Of a DNA stretch of 64,000 nucleotides, positions 23,952 through 36,899 are shown piece by piece. The DNA comes from Balanoglossus misakiensis (Eukaryota; Animalia; Hemichordata): contig CM082586.2 of NCBI GenBank assembly GCA_040954595.2, forward strand, positions 9,517,337 to 9,581,336. The letters are read 5' to 3'. Each line of letters opens with the position of its first letter. Position 1 is the stretch's first letter. Position numbers and translations under genes: made by a program. A model generated the notes under the pieces. It was not told where the DNA came from, did not search any database, and worked only from the letters and a program-made list of their open reading frames with translations.

Positions 23952-24812
23952 GTAAGACCAGCACAATATGTGGACAACGAAAGGTCCAGTATCTGTAACT
24001 TTTGAATTTTTATTCAGTATTTTTCTGGTTATCAACCATCATTTCTTGTTCAGCTCGATGAAGCAGGGTAAGCAATGTTGTTATGTTTAAACATTGTATT
24101 CAAGCCTGGGTCTGGACTTGGATGCAATTTGTCAATAATAACAGTGATTGGTAACTGCATGTTTACATAACTGGCTAACTGTTAAAGAGACCAGCTGTTC
24201 TATTTGGTGTGTGTACAGTACACATGCCATTGGCAGCTTATGGGTCAGCCAATGTTTGCCTGTTGATCTCTTGATGTGTGTGTGTGTGTGTGTGTGTCTG
24301 TCTGTATATGTACTCTGGTGTAGACTTTTTTCTTGTATTATCCGTGAATGGGACCACCGTGTACTTAACGCAATTTCTTACACTCATCAGGGATATTTTG
24401 GCTTGTCTAACACGAGCTAAAAATATCCCCAACTCGTCTGAGAAATCTTTTACCAGGTCCTAAGGTTGTGAGACTAATAGAATCTCACACTCCCAAGGAC
24501 TTGGGATCATATTTCTCACATGTGTTGAGGATTTTCTGTCCCAAACAAGCTGCAGGCGAGTGTGGGACAAAATATCCCTGACGAGTGTGAGAAATATGAT
24601 CCCAGGTCCTTGGTGTGTGAGATTATATTTCTCACACGGCCACAAATTAGCCAAATTCGTTTAAAAACATTAAATAAATGACTCTTGAACTGTCATCTGG
24701 CACGTTGTAGTTTCTGTATCATAGGATAACATTTAGCTTTGTCATCCAATCTGAATCAGCGCTCGTGTCATATACAGCTTTCGATTCAGTGAGAATGTGT
24801 GATTGATTTGTT

Positions 24813-26042
24813 GTTCATTGTTCAGGTGCACAACAGTGCACGTTAATTGATTGTCAAGGCCTCCAGCCCATAGGTAAGAGGGCATAAAGGTAATCAGAAA
24901 ATTGTACGAAAATGAAATAAATAATACATGTACTCAAATAATATAAATGACAACATCAAGCAGCACTTGTGTGGAAGTACGTACTCGGGATACAAAGTGA
25001 GGAACTTAGCAGATTAAGTTTTTTAACACATTTTCTCTAAGTTTAAAGGCATTGTAAACATAAATACTTGAGGATTCTGATGCGCTCATGATATTAACAA
25101 ACATTTGAATGTGGGGAATTTTAGTGTAACCAATATATTGTTTTCTAAGACTGTCATATAAGGGGCAAACAAGTAAAAAGTGATACTCGTCTTCTATTTG
25201 TTCACCAGAGCATAGCCTACAGTGTCTCTCTGAAACGTCCACGTTCTGATCTCTTCCCTCCTCTATTGCAAGAGGAAGGGCAGAACAGCGAAAACATGCA
25301 AAAATGTCTTTGACATTACGTGTACAGTTGACATTAACTACTTTTCAGGCTGTAACAATGATTTAAAATGTGTGTATGTACGGAGTTTGGTTTTGGACGG
25401 ACAGTGTGATTTCCATTGTTGCTTCAAAATATCTGAAATTCTTGTCTCAAATGCTGAAAGGAACAAACGCTTATCGCCTCTTTCCTGAGAAATCCAGGCG
25501 AAAATAAAATGTGTTTCACCGATGTTGCCCAAGTGTGACGGCCTAAACAGTCAAGATTACGTATGTAGCATTAAATATGCTTGCCTAGGGAGTCTTTCCT
25601 GTGGCATCTCTATAAGTTTCACCCAGTAACGAATACAACGTTTCATTGTGTGAACATACACTGGCAACCGCCCACATTCTCCAATTATAGCTTCATTGGT
25701 AGTGCTCCTTGGCACACCTAGAAAAATTCTGCACCATGTTCTTTGCACTTTTTCTATGATGTCATAAAACTCAAGTCTCCGATCCATAACAAAGAATGGG
25801 TAAGATCATGGCATCAAACACCTTGAAGTGACATTCAAATGGCATATACCCTAGTTTCCACCTGGCAACTGAGAGTAGAGACAACACCTTGCTGGCTTGA
25901 TTAGCCAATGTTTGCACTGCTCTGGACCAGGTGTTGCGATTAAACAAAAGTGAACCTAGGAGTTTGAACAATGTCCTTGTAATAGACAGGTTTTGGTTGA
26001 GACAGGTTTTACTGTATTTTGATACATGCTCTGGCTTAACCA
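24813..26042 (-). mobile_element. 5'-truncated non-LTR retrotransposon (RTE-X/CR1-group-like ORF2 C-terminus)
   Basis: Minus ORFs give FDAMILPILCYGSE, IEKVQRTWCRIFLGV..STTNEAIIGECGRLP, KLRTY..FKS and RHCRLCSGEQIEDEYHFLLVCPLY. A short (TGAACAA)n-like tail interrupts the paralog at ~24812. Confidence 0.85.
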
Positions 26043-28419
26043 TTTCACCACCATGGTACAGTCCAAACCCGTTGTTTTCTATGGTAAGGTTGGACCTCTA
26101 AAAAGGGAACTGGGAGGTTCTTTCTGGGAATCTCTTTATTTCTTCTGTCACAAAAATTGCATGGGAGTTCTAATTCTAAAAGGAGCACTGATTTGATAAA
26201 ATATCTCAAAGTCAAGTTTTGGATGTGGCTCCAGTTCAAGTATTGTAGGTGACTAGTTTTCCGGAGTTCAAGTCTGTATACTTGCAATAGAGTTGGTCAC
26301 ATGGACTTGGGTAATCTGAGTGTGGTCAGAAATTGAACTTACACACACACATTGATTGAGTTAAGAACATGTCTGGTGTATTACTGTAATATGACTAGAT
26401 ACTGCAAATGCATACACAATAAGCGTATGTTAAAATACACAGTTTTCATTGATATATCTGATTCATGAAATTAAATACACATGTTCATTAAAACCCACTA
26501 TGATAGAGCACCCCCACTGTTCAGAATGTCAGTTTTGAAGTCCTATATCTATGACGTCATGCCTAGCTGTCAATGTTAACTGATGTGTACTTGTACTACT
26601 TGTAAATGGAAGTACTTTAAAGTAAAGCTCAGATGTAAGGGTTTTGTAAAATAAATATAATATTAAAACATTGCAATCATTTTAGTCCTTCGGAACAGCG
26701 GTCCAATTGACTAATGTGATCACTCTGTGTGCGGCATATGGCATATTAAGCATTTAGTATTTTTCAATCAGAAGCCATTAATCCTGTGATTAATTCTGCT
26801 TCTTGCAACACTGATTTTAAATCACCACACATGAATATTTTTATCCAAAGGACTGTGGTGCCCAAGTTTTTATGATAAGATAAACAAACAGTGAAATTCA
26901 CTGAAGAAGTGAGTGAGCACTTGGCCTATCATTGTTCAATGAAATGTGACCACCAATTCATTGACGCCTTGAGCATAGCAACAACAACCTGTGTATTGAC
27001 GATACTGCCTGTAGCCTTTCAGTTGATGTTGCTTGATGTACATATATGACTGGAGTCGATCATTTGTGTTTTTTGTTGCATTGTTATTTTTAACAGCGTA
27101 TTAAGCAATTTTTGTTTGAGTTCATCATTCAGTGATGGTAGCTGACTAAAATCAGTGATTGTCGTCAGGTTATGTATTTCAATTTTCAGGATGACTGCTT
27201 TTGTAATAAATTCACAAGTTCTGTGACCGTCACAATAGTGTTCTGAATTATTGGTTTGTTTTCCTGTAGTGTGCATTTACATGTTCCCAGATAGGAAGTT
27301 TTAATGGGTATTAGTGTCAACATCCACAAGTGACTTGAGGCCAGTGAACTTGCAGTTGTGTGTAGTTTGGATATTAGCTTGTGGTGATATTAACATGGCG
27401 AATATCAAAATAGTACAAACAAATGTTTAAAACAGGACATATCCATAGCTTTCCCTTTCATAATTGGACTGTATTGTTATTGAAGTACAAAGACTTTCCA
27501 GCAACATGACATGGCTGGATTTTTTTGTAGGAAACAAGTCCGGCTGCTATTTGCTGTCTTTGTATTACACTACTAGTAACATTTCCATTTCTAGCTTTGC
27601 ACCTCACATTCAATGAATAGACCTGTGGATGTTTTGACACTTCTCGTCAATGAATGTGTATGGCTGCAGTTTATCAAATGATACACAAATCAAAGGAACA
27701 AACAGTGACTTTTATTTCTTTTGAGAACCTTGCATTCTTATATTTAAATGCTCACTCACTGGCCCCAATTGCAAAATAGCAACATTTAATACATGCGATA
27801 TTCAATGCGTTTACAGTATTCAAAAATGTTTGAAATTGAATATTGTGCCAAAGAGTGGTGTTGTCAGTCCAAATATCAAAGCATTGAATGATTGTTCACA
27901 GTTTCCTGTATGGTTTGGCCCACCTCTTGTGAAAAGATGACTTGTGATATAGTGTTGTACATTGAAAAGAAATATATATACATGTATTTTAAATAATTCA
28001 TATTTTCAATCTAGAAGTGGGAGCTGCTTCCTCAAGATATAATTGACTGTCAGAATGAAAGGCAAGCGATTCACACAAGTTAACTCCAACACAACAACTC
28101 TTCAATTAAATAATTGACATCAGATAACCACAAAGGCATTATTCAAATAAATTGTATAAATGCAGTTACAAGATTTGATGTCTGAAATTTACTGATATGT
28201 GTAGATTTTGTCAGCATTTCCCTTCCTGGGTTACTTTGCGATTAGTTGTTTTGCGTAGTAGAATGGAACAGTGCCCGGTCCGGATTGGTCACATTAATGT
28301 TCAGAGAGAAAGTTAATTTGGCAACTGCTCATTGTATGAAAGGTCATAGGGTTAAGATGTCTTATGTCAAAGTCACTTATGAATCCCTTAAAGATAAATG
28401 TAACCTATCTTATTGACAG

Positions 28420-28470
28420 ATAAGCCAGCAACAACAGAGAAATGTTATACACCCAAATGCTATCAACGAG
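28420..28470 (+). pseudogene. Gln-rich exon 1 of a putative MED25-like 3' fragment
   Basis: Splice sites tattgacag|...|gtgagc, 51 nt, phase 0-0. Translates ISQQQQRNVIHPNAINE. Confidence 0.5.
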
Positions 28471-30614
28471 GTGAGCTTCTGTCTATTTAGGAAATGGTGC
28501 CACACTGCTACTGATAAGGACAAAAAAAGAGTTTTGTTTAGCGCGTAGGAAAATGTCAAAAATTTTAGTTATGGTAAACAACCAACACGCAAACATTTAT
28601 TTTCTTTTCAATTGTTTGATAAAATTATTATAACTATCCCAAAATTTGCAGCTTGTGTGCCTTTAAAATTCAAATTCCTGTCCAAAGGGTGTCTACCCCT
28701 GCTGGTCAACTGTTATATAGGCAATTTACACAAACACGTACCAGTATAGATTCGACCACAGTCCTGTTGGCAAACATGCTCCAATGGTCTTTGCAGACAA
28801 CCATCATAAATGCATGAAACGCAGCACGCTCATTCAGTCCGATAATAGGTGCTAAAACATAACATTTTGACATCACTAACATTTTTCCCAGTGACCAAAT
28901 TTTCTCAGTTTGAATCGACTGTTGATTTTGTGGAAACATTAACATGGCCAGTTTTGTCCAGTGGCTGTGATTGAAACCATCTCCAATACCAGAAAAATGC
29001 TGATCCAAAACAAACGTTAAGCACAAATTGTCATTTTGACTCGTATACTCAGAGTTTCGGAAACTTGATCAAGTAATATGACTTCAGAGAGGGGGGGGGA
29101 GCAGTATCCCCTTCCATTTATTGGCTGTTTAAACAGATGTGTCAGTTATGTTGAAGCATTCTTCTTGCTTTATGCAGATGCAATTTGCGCCCCCATCCTC
29201 TACATACTGTAATCAGTCTCAGTGTTTGCCTGCTCGAAATTGTCAGTTTTTCATTAAAAGGAAATATTCATTTAAATTAAGCTTTAAATAATCTTATATA
29301 TGATATTAATTATGTCTATTAAATGACATTTCATAATATATCAAGATCAACACTTATGTATGACAAAACAGGCCAAAAATGAAAGAAAATCTAAAATTCC
29401 TGTATTTTTTAAAAAGTGCAATTTTGCAATGAAAAATGAAAATCTAATGTTTCAGCGGTGTACATTTACTTGCATGAGTTCTAGTGGAGGAGATCATGTT
29501 TTGTTTATGAAGTTCAATAGTCAGAAATGCAACGTTTTCATTGTTTCTTGCATTTCCCACGGTGGCAGCCATATTCCTTTATGGCAAAGCTTTATTATTT
29601 ATCTGGTTAAAACTTGCAAATGCACTCATATTTAGGGTTAAAAATACTTGTATACAGTTCAGTGCCTACATCTGCATGGACTAATACTAGTAAAGTTTGA
29701 AAAAAAATGATAATTATCCCTAAAGTTTCAACTTATATGCCTGTAAGCGACATACCTTGTATGTGCATGAATTTGTCGTCAACCGGAAACGGATTACTTG
29801 TATGAAAATGTTTGGAGTTCTCGCAGCGATTTTAAATTCACCACTATTTTCTTGGGCTGGCCATCTGAAAGGCAGCATGGTTGTCAAAGGATAAATCTTT
29901 TATGTCAACCGAGCAACATATTTAATATCATGAAGTGTACACAACATTTGCACTGCTGGAACTATCATGACCACAATACTTGTTTACAATACTTGTTTAC
30001 CATGGAGGTCAACTGGACCCCTATAAAAACGGTAGAACCGTTTTAATCCAGCTGACTTTCAAATTGCAAAGTACCGTCACAATCAAATTTGATAAGCCTA
30101 TTTATATGCATTAATTCAAGTTTAAAGGAAAACTCATGAAAAAATGTGCGTTTTGTGTTTACCCCACTGTGTTCACTGATCAGGTTTGCAAAATACATTC
30201 AACCTTATGTAGTATGGTAATCAAACACTTAAAATGTGATGTCATATAACAAAGGCGTGTTGAAATACCCTGAAAGAAATAAAGTGTCTGTTTTACTTCT
30301 TACAATATACCATGCCAACAATTCTGCTGATGCAAAATTCAGTTGATGCAACACTTACAGATGTATGCACAGAACATAAAATCAGTATGGGAACCCTCCA
30401 TTAAAACTTTTGCACTTTGTACCTGACTTGGCTATTGTCAAGTCGTGTCACTTAATATGTAATATTACCTGTAATCTGTTTGGTTTTGTTATTATTTTGT
30501 TATTTCATGCGTCCTTGAGCTTGGTGGGTGACACACTTTACACACCTGCTTGTTGCATGCATGGCACTATTTTTTGACTAAAAATGTTCCTTCCAGGCCA
30601 TTAAATTACCTATA

Positions 30615-30790
30615 CAGTAAAACTCCAATTATCCGAACTCCAATTATCCGAACTGTTTGGTTATCCAAACTGCTGTCATGTCCCCCAAACAGTTCTTTTG
30701 TATAGGATCGCTATCCGAATAACCGAACTGTCTGCATATCCGAACAAAATCAATGTCCCCCTGTCAGTTCGGATAATTGGAGTTTTACTG
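30615..30790. mobile_element. Tigger/pogo-like MITE
   Basis: Reads TA|CAGTAAAACTCCAATTATCCGAACT...AGTTCGGATAATTGGAGTTTTACTG|TA. Confidence 0.85.
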
Positions 30791-31089
30791 TATTGGGATA
30801 TATCTTCATTTTGGCAATTTGTACGATGGGTAAACACTATTTGACGGGCGGAGAAGGCCTGCTTATTGATATGTATTCTATTGCAACCAATCAGTACACA
30901 TAGTTAGAGACTGCTCAGCACTCCAGATCTTATATCGAGAGCGGCCACTGTTTCGCGAGTATAAATTTTCGCGTTCTCTTATTTCATTCACTGCATCGTT
31001 ATCTTCAAAAAAAATTACGTGACACTTTATTTTTACACTATTTTGGCACTTGCGTATTTGGCGAAAATGTATTGCTCGCGAAAAATTAA

Positions 31090-31425
31090 AGCCGCTTGCA
31101 CACGTGCCATTGTTAGGGCGCCCTTTTTGGGATTATAAAATTTGGTAAACATTTCTTATCAGTGACTCAAATACTTTTGCATGCACATGTGTATAAAAGG
31201 GACAGGGTCATCGCCCTCTACGCGCGTCCACAGCAGCGTGACTAAAGGTCACAATGTTCACACGTGATTTGAGTCGCTGTTTAGTGCAGCGCCCCGACCC
31301 AGGTCCCACCCCTCAACACCGTCCCCAAAAAAGCCGCTCTCACCTTTTCACACGTGGCACTTACAAATTAACGCCGCCCTAGGGCCGCTGCTGGGGCGGC
31401 GTTGATGGCACGTGTGAAAGGCACT
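31090..31425. mobile_element. PIF/Harbinger-like MITE inserted in an older MITE remnant (~30947-31440)
   Basis: Imperfect TIRs AGCCGCTTGCACACGTGCCAT / ATGGCACGTGTGAAAGGCACT with TAA-like flanks and a GC-rich interior. Confidence 0.5.
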
Positions 31426-31680
31426 AAAGTGTTTTACAGTATGTACTTTTTAATCCCTTCAAATATTTGAATATGATTAATTCCATGATAAGTGGGACAA
31501 GAAACCACAGTTGATACCCCAAAAAAATATTGAGAAAATAACCCGAAGTTGGAGTTACTGAGCTTTAAATTGATTTCAATAATCTCCCAAGTGAAAATTG
31601 GCTGAAGCTCCTGTAGTCAGTTACCTGTTGGTAGATTGACACATGACAATGATTGACTGTTTACACTTTTGATCTTTTAG

Positions 31681-31899
31681 AGGAATATTCAAGCACTGCA
31701 GGAGAATCTAGAGATGGCACAGAAAATAAGAACTTGAATTGAAGAATCAGCAAGATCAACATGCACGACAAAATCAACTCATAACACAAAGACAACAACA
31801 AAAGCAATTACAAAGATAGCCCAACAACAACAACAAGCAGTGCAAGCACAGCCATCCAATATACAATCAACAAATCAACAACTAAGACACCACTTTCAA
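31681..31899 (+). pseudogene. Gln-rich exon 2 of a putative MED25-like fragment (compensating frameshifts, degenerate NR box)
   Basis: Splice sites ttttag|...|gtaagt, phase 0-0. Translates RNIQALQENLEMAQK/ELELKNQQDQHARQNQLITQRQQQKQLQ/IAQQQQQAVQAQPSNIQSTNQQLRHHFQ, where / marks a frame change. Confidence 0.55.
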
Positions 31900-33049
31900 G
31901 TAAGTTGTCACAATAATGTGAACAGTGAATATTTTGAAAACCAAGACTGATATCCGTGTCACTCCTGGGAATTGTTATGTGGGGAAAAATAAAATCATTT
32001 TTCTCAAAAAAGGAGCTTTCTTGATGTTACAAATAACATGTTCTGTGCCATTCCCGAAATTATCTTAATGTATTTGGGACCTGACAGTCACACAGAATAA
32101 ATTCAAAGCACTATTTGCCCAAAGCAGACCTAAATTACAGACAGAGGAATACAACAAATCTTGTCTCATTCTTATTTTCAATTCTTCTAGTTTTTCCATG
32201 GTATCAGTGTGGAAGCACTGATGATAACCTCCGTCAGACAGTTTTAAATGCAGACAATCATCTTACTCTTATGCACATATGTGTAATTTTGTGTGTACAA
32301 AATAAGATCAAATCCAAATATCTGCAAATTTTATGTGCATGCATTCAAATAGTGGACTGCCTTCACTTCCTTTCATATTTCTTGCCCACCATATATATAT
32401 ATATATATATAAAGAAGACTTTCATTTTGTCTCTTCTTTTCACTCAATTTGCTGTTTTTTTTTCCTAATTTACGACACAGAGTATGGTTGCCGCCATCTT
32501 GTCTGTTGTATAGACAGAATTGTGTCATTGATAAAGTTTTTGTAACCAGAATCTCTGCTTTGGCACATGCGCATTAGACGATCATAACCCTTTAACAAAA
32601 GTCTGCTTAGAATTTAAATCACATTGTTTTCAAAATGTCTGCATCTGATTACATGGTGAATTAAAGCTGAAAGCAGTGTTCACTGGGCCCAAGCGATTCC
32701 CAGGGTTTCTACAGAATGCCAAGGATTATCTGCTGTGGATACCAGAAATTTTGTCAAAAAGTTTTGATCCTAAACTGATTTATGTCCTACAAAATCCAAA
32801 CTTCTAGATCTATTGGTTAGCCTAGAATTAGGCGTGTACATAATTAATTAGGTCAATGGGGGTCCTGAAATTAACCATCAAATAGTAGACACGACACGAC
32901 TATACCCGAAATTACAGTTACTTTATGCCTCCCTAAATTTCAGTCTGATTGACAAATATGAAGAACGTTAAAGAGAGCTGTCTCCTGATACATTGCCGCT
33001 TTCTGTGAAGTGACTTTAAAAAGAAAACCATTTTGTTTGCATTCAACAG

Positions 33050-33334
33050 CAACAACAAAAACAACAAGCTAGCGGTACACAACCAACCATTCCACCACCA
33101 CCACCACAACAACAACAACCAGCAGCAACACAACAAACATGGCAACAACAACAGCAGTTCTTACAACAACAGCAATCACAACAACAACAACAGCTGTTAC
33201 TAGGACAACAGCCACGGCCGCGACCACAGGTACCTCAGATGGGCTTGGCACCCAGCATGCAACAAACACAGCAACAATCAAGTAGTAGTCTGCTGGCTGA
33301 TGACATGAGTCTTTTTGATATTCTGAATCAATAA
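33050..33334 (+). pseudogene. Terminal Gln/Pro-rich exon of a putative MED25-like fragment
   Basis: Acceptor attcaacag|, phase 0, open for 94 codons: QQQKQQASGTQPTIPPPPPQQQQP...QQQSSSSLLADDMSLFDILNQ*. Confidence 0.6.
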
Positions 33335-33622
33335 ATTCATACAGGAAACTGACTATAATGAACACGAGACTGTAGACTTTAATTAAACAGATCAAATAAC
33401 ACAGAATGGTTATTCCAGTGTAGTAACAGAATAGACTTGTTCTGTACTAATTCTTGCATTAGCTTTACTTTGTTTCCATCGTAATACCTTATTTCAATAT
33501 GACCATATTTGTATGCGAGACAGATGTAACTGGTTGTCAGTGTCTATCGTAATACAAAGTCTGCCATACACAAAGCAACTATGCATTGTCTTCTGGTGTG
33601 AAAAAAAGATACTTAGGATGTA

Positions 33623-33830
33623 CTGTAAAACAGGAAATTTTCACGAGCGATAAATTTGCATGAATCATGCAAGAGCCAAAATAACCTGAAAACTAAAAAG
33701 TCGCAAAAAAAATGTTTTTCTGAAATAATGATGAATTGAAATTCGAGAATGCGAAAATTAATCATTACATAACAGTCGCCACTTTTGATATTGCGAAAAT
33801 TTCCTGTTGGGAAAATTTCATGTTTTACAG
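33623..33830. mobile_element. Tc1/mariner-type MITE (CTGTA...TACAG)
   Basis: Reads TA|CTGTAAAACAGGAAATTTTC...GAAAATTTCATGTTTTACAG. Confidence 0.65.
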
Positions 33831-33852
33831 AACTGTATATACCCATTTTTTC

Positions 33853-34178
33853 TGCTTCCAAAACGAACATTTAGAGTCATGCATGCCACTGGCCCAATAA
33901 AACCTGATAGCCCTTGCTGGGAACTGTGATGTAACTAGCATCCCCCTCGAAGTCACGCACATAAACTGATCAATGGTGATTGTGTGTAAAGATACAGTGA
34001 AGGCAAGGCTAATCTAAAGTCAAAATGGTACTCATCCTTAACAACACATGTATCCTTTGACCAATCAATGGAAAAAAAAGTCTGTGATTGACTTCAAAGT
34101 GATATTAATTACATCACAATTCCCAGCAAGGGGTATCGTGCTTTATTGGGGCAGTGGCATGCATAGTTTTTGGAAGCA
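33853..34178. repeat. Inverted-repeat element (MITE-like)
   Basis: ATGCATGCCACTGGCCCAATAAA...CCCTTGCTGGGAACTGTGATGTAA is inverted at TTACATCACAATTCCCAGCAAGGG...TTTATTGGGGCAGTGGCATGCAT. Confidence 0.6.
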
Positions 34179-35464
34179 AAGCTGACAAAATACAGCTATA
34201 TACTAGACTAATATTTCATTAATGCCTGATCATTAAACTGAAGAACGTATCTCTAAAATTGCTCTCTATTTCTCCCTCAGGGAAAAGAGCAATAGACAAA
34301 ACTTTGAGTGACAGATCTTCCAGTTGTGTACTTATCATTTGTATTACCCAATCACAGACTTTGTGTTATTGGTCATTTATCTGTCCAATTTTAATACTCT
34401 TGTGTTCAGTGGAGCATTACACCAAAGAAGTCACACTATGACAGTGACAATAAAACACTTGCAAAAACATGGATTGCTCAGGTCAGCCTATCTGGTTACA
34501 GATTACCTGTGAACCAACTAATCCAGCTATAATGAATGTGTTTCATTATATACAGAGAATTGTACGTTGTTTGAGACGTGTTAATATCACACTCTAGCAT
34601 GGGGCAATGTTCACACGTTTATATTTATCATGTGAAAGCCACAAAGTCACCAGCTCTTGATGTTCATTTTTTTTGGAATAATTTGTTATGATCTGATTGC
34701 TGAAAATTGAATTGAAGCTGAACCTACAGCATATGTGTGGACATAACATGTTTATACTTCCATGTAGTAATTTGTGTTACAGCCAAACAATTAAATAACA
34801 CCATTATAACAAAATTAACGAAACTCACCCCAGGGCTATCACTAATTTGAAGGGATGCTGATCCAGAGTTAATGGTTCATTGGGGAGTCTAACAGTGTTT
34901 TGAAATGTCACATTGTAATTTGAAAGTTAGGCTTGGGTAGTGACAATGTTATTACATTGTTGTGTACAAAATTTGAATGGAGCTCTATGAAAAGAGAAAA
35001 GTGGTGTGTGGAAAAAATCAGTCTCTGTGCTAATATCAAGTGCCTTCATTCGACTCTCAAGGAAAGTTTGGTAAAACAATGAACTTTTTGTGTGTCAGCA
35101 TTATTGGGAAAGATTAAGCCCACACATGTATTCAATTTAGATAAAAATGGAAAATTACCATCAGCCTTTTTTCTTAGCACTCTCACCTTTCACCCAATTC
35201 CCTGTGTAGACATCCAACTTTCCAGCAGGAAACAATGGATTTGGACCAAACCATTCGTTCACTTGAATATATATGTAATATCTGTATGTATGTAACACCT
35301 GTATTCTTTGCAGTCATCATTTAATCATTTATGCATGAGAACACCTTTCTAGTAATGATAGAACTTACAGTCTATTTGATGATCTCAATTATATGCAAAC
35401 CACCAGGATGTTTCATTTGACTAATGAACTCAAGGTAATGCGCCACCATAGTGTAGATTGCTGA

Positions 35465-35557
35465 TATAAAAGGACACCATGCATATACTTAGTCAGTTCA
35501 CCTCTGTATCCAGACCGGCCACATGTATGAACTGAAGATGTCTATGTTCAATTTCAG
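35465..35557 (+). promoter_or_regulatory. Candidate TATA+Inr core promoter and short first exon
   Basis: TATAAAAG at 35465 and TCAGTT with its A at 35495 (TATA at -30), followed by a donor CAG|GTTAGT at 35557. Confidence 0.4.
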
Positions 35558-36899
35558 GTTAGTTTTCCTTGTACTTTACCTGTAGCTTGAAGCATTTTTA
35601 TATAGGTGCATTCTACTGGCTCATTTTAGCACAAGTAATTGGTGTCTGAACTTGCGTCAAGTCTTCAATTGTACTTCTGTATTTTTCACTTGCATGAATT
35701 TTTGTGTATTCTGCTGTAGGTGAACTCCCATACATGTGCGTAATTTAGCAGTTCACCTGTGTAGCCAGACCGGCCACACATATGAACTGATGATGTCCCT
35801 GTTCAATTTCAGTTAAGAAATGTTATAGGCCTATGTCTTGTGAAACCTTTAAACCATGTTGGTGTGTTTTGTGGTGAACGGCGACACCCGTGACAAGTAT
35901 GTTAGAATCAAACTATTAGATGCATGTGAAGAAATATAGTCTGTTATAAGGAAGTGACTGGAGTGAAGGAGACCTCGTACGACGAAAAGTACTTTAATAG
36001 ACTCGAAATGCACTCAAATTACAATCGAGATATAATGCATTTATATATGCTTAAAAAGGTAAATTAATGAATGGTGTCAACAAAATAAACGTTCATGATA
36101 CATTTAGATCATTTTCTCGTCCAGCTAGGGGGTTCAACGTCAAAAGGAAAGTTCACTATTCAAATGCAAATAAAGTCATTAAAGAGTCCTAATCTCTTCT
36201 ATCCAGTGACCATAGTAGCCAAACAATTAAAATCACATGTTTTTAATATCAATATTCACATACATTGCTTTTTACTTTTCTTGAATTTCCTAACATTTTT
36301 TTATTTTAACAAAAACAAGAGCCTTTCATGACCACTTATTGACTTTCGAAAATATTTCATGTAATCAGCCATTCATTTTATGTGTGTGTGAAGAATGACC
36401 CTCTGAGGCTGTTGAATCATGTATAGTGCTGAAGGGGAGGGGGGACACCATTCCTCAATTTTGTTGATTTTGCATAAGATGCTAAGTTGGTATTTTCCAC
36501 ACATTGCTTTTTGTACTGAGAATTACTCAGTTCTTAAGAAGAGCTTTTGACTAACATTTCATTTTATTTACAAGACTGCCAGAGTATGTAAATAGTATAT
36601 GCAGCATTAGGAAGGAATATCTTTGATATTTTTATTCCAACAATTTTCCTATCATGATAAATAAGTAGACAGATATATCATGTTAGGATTTTTGCATACT
36701 TAAAATAAATATTCTGATAAAATGAGTGCTTTTGTCTGTCTCTTTGATTTCAGGTGAGGATCAGTATTTGTTGTTGCTTTTCCTGCACAGATTCCAATCA
36801 GAAGGCAATTGTGATTACCAGTATGTTCTGTCTGATTGAAGTTTGAGTTTTCTTAGGACCTGAATATCGCTCTAACAAATGGTTTGCTTTCAGATGTGG

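Noticed and set aside
32933-33395. Minus-strand Val/Leu-rich membrane-protein ORFs, or a plus-strand Thr-rich mucin frame
   Set aside because: These are alternative readings of CAA/CAG repeats. The plus-strand Gln frame has the splice acceptor, a phase match and a sensible C-terminus.
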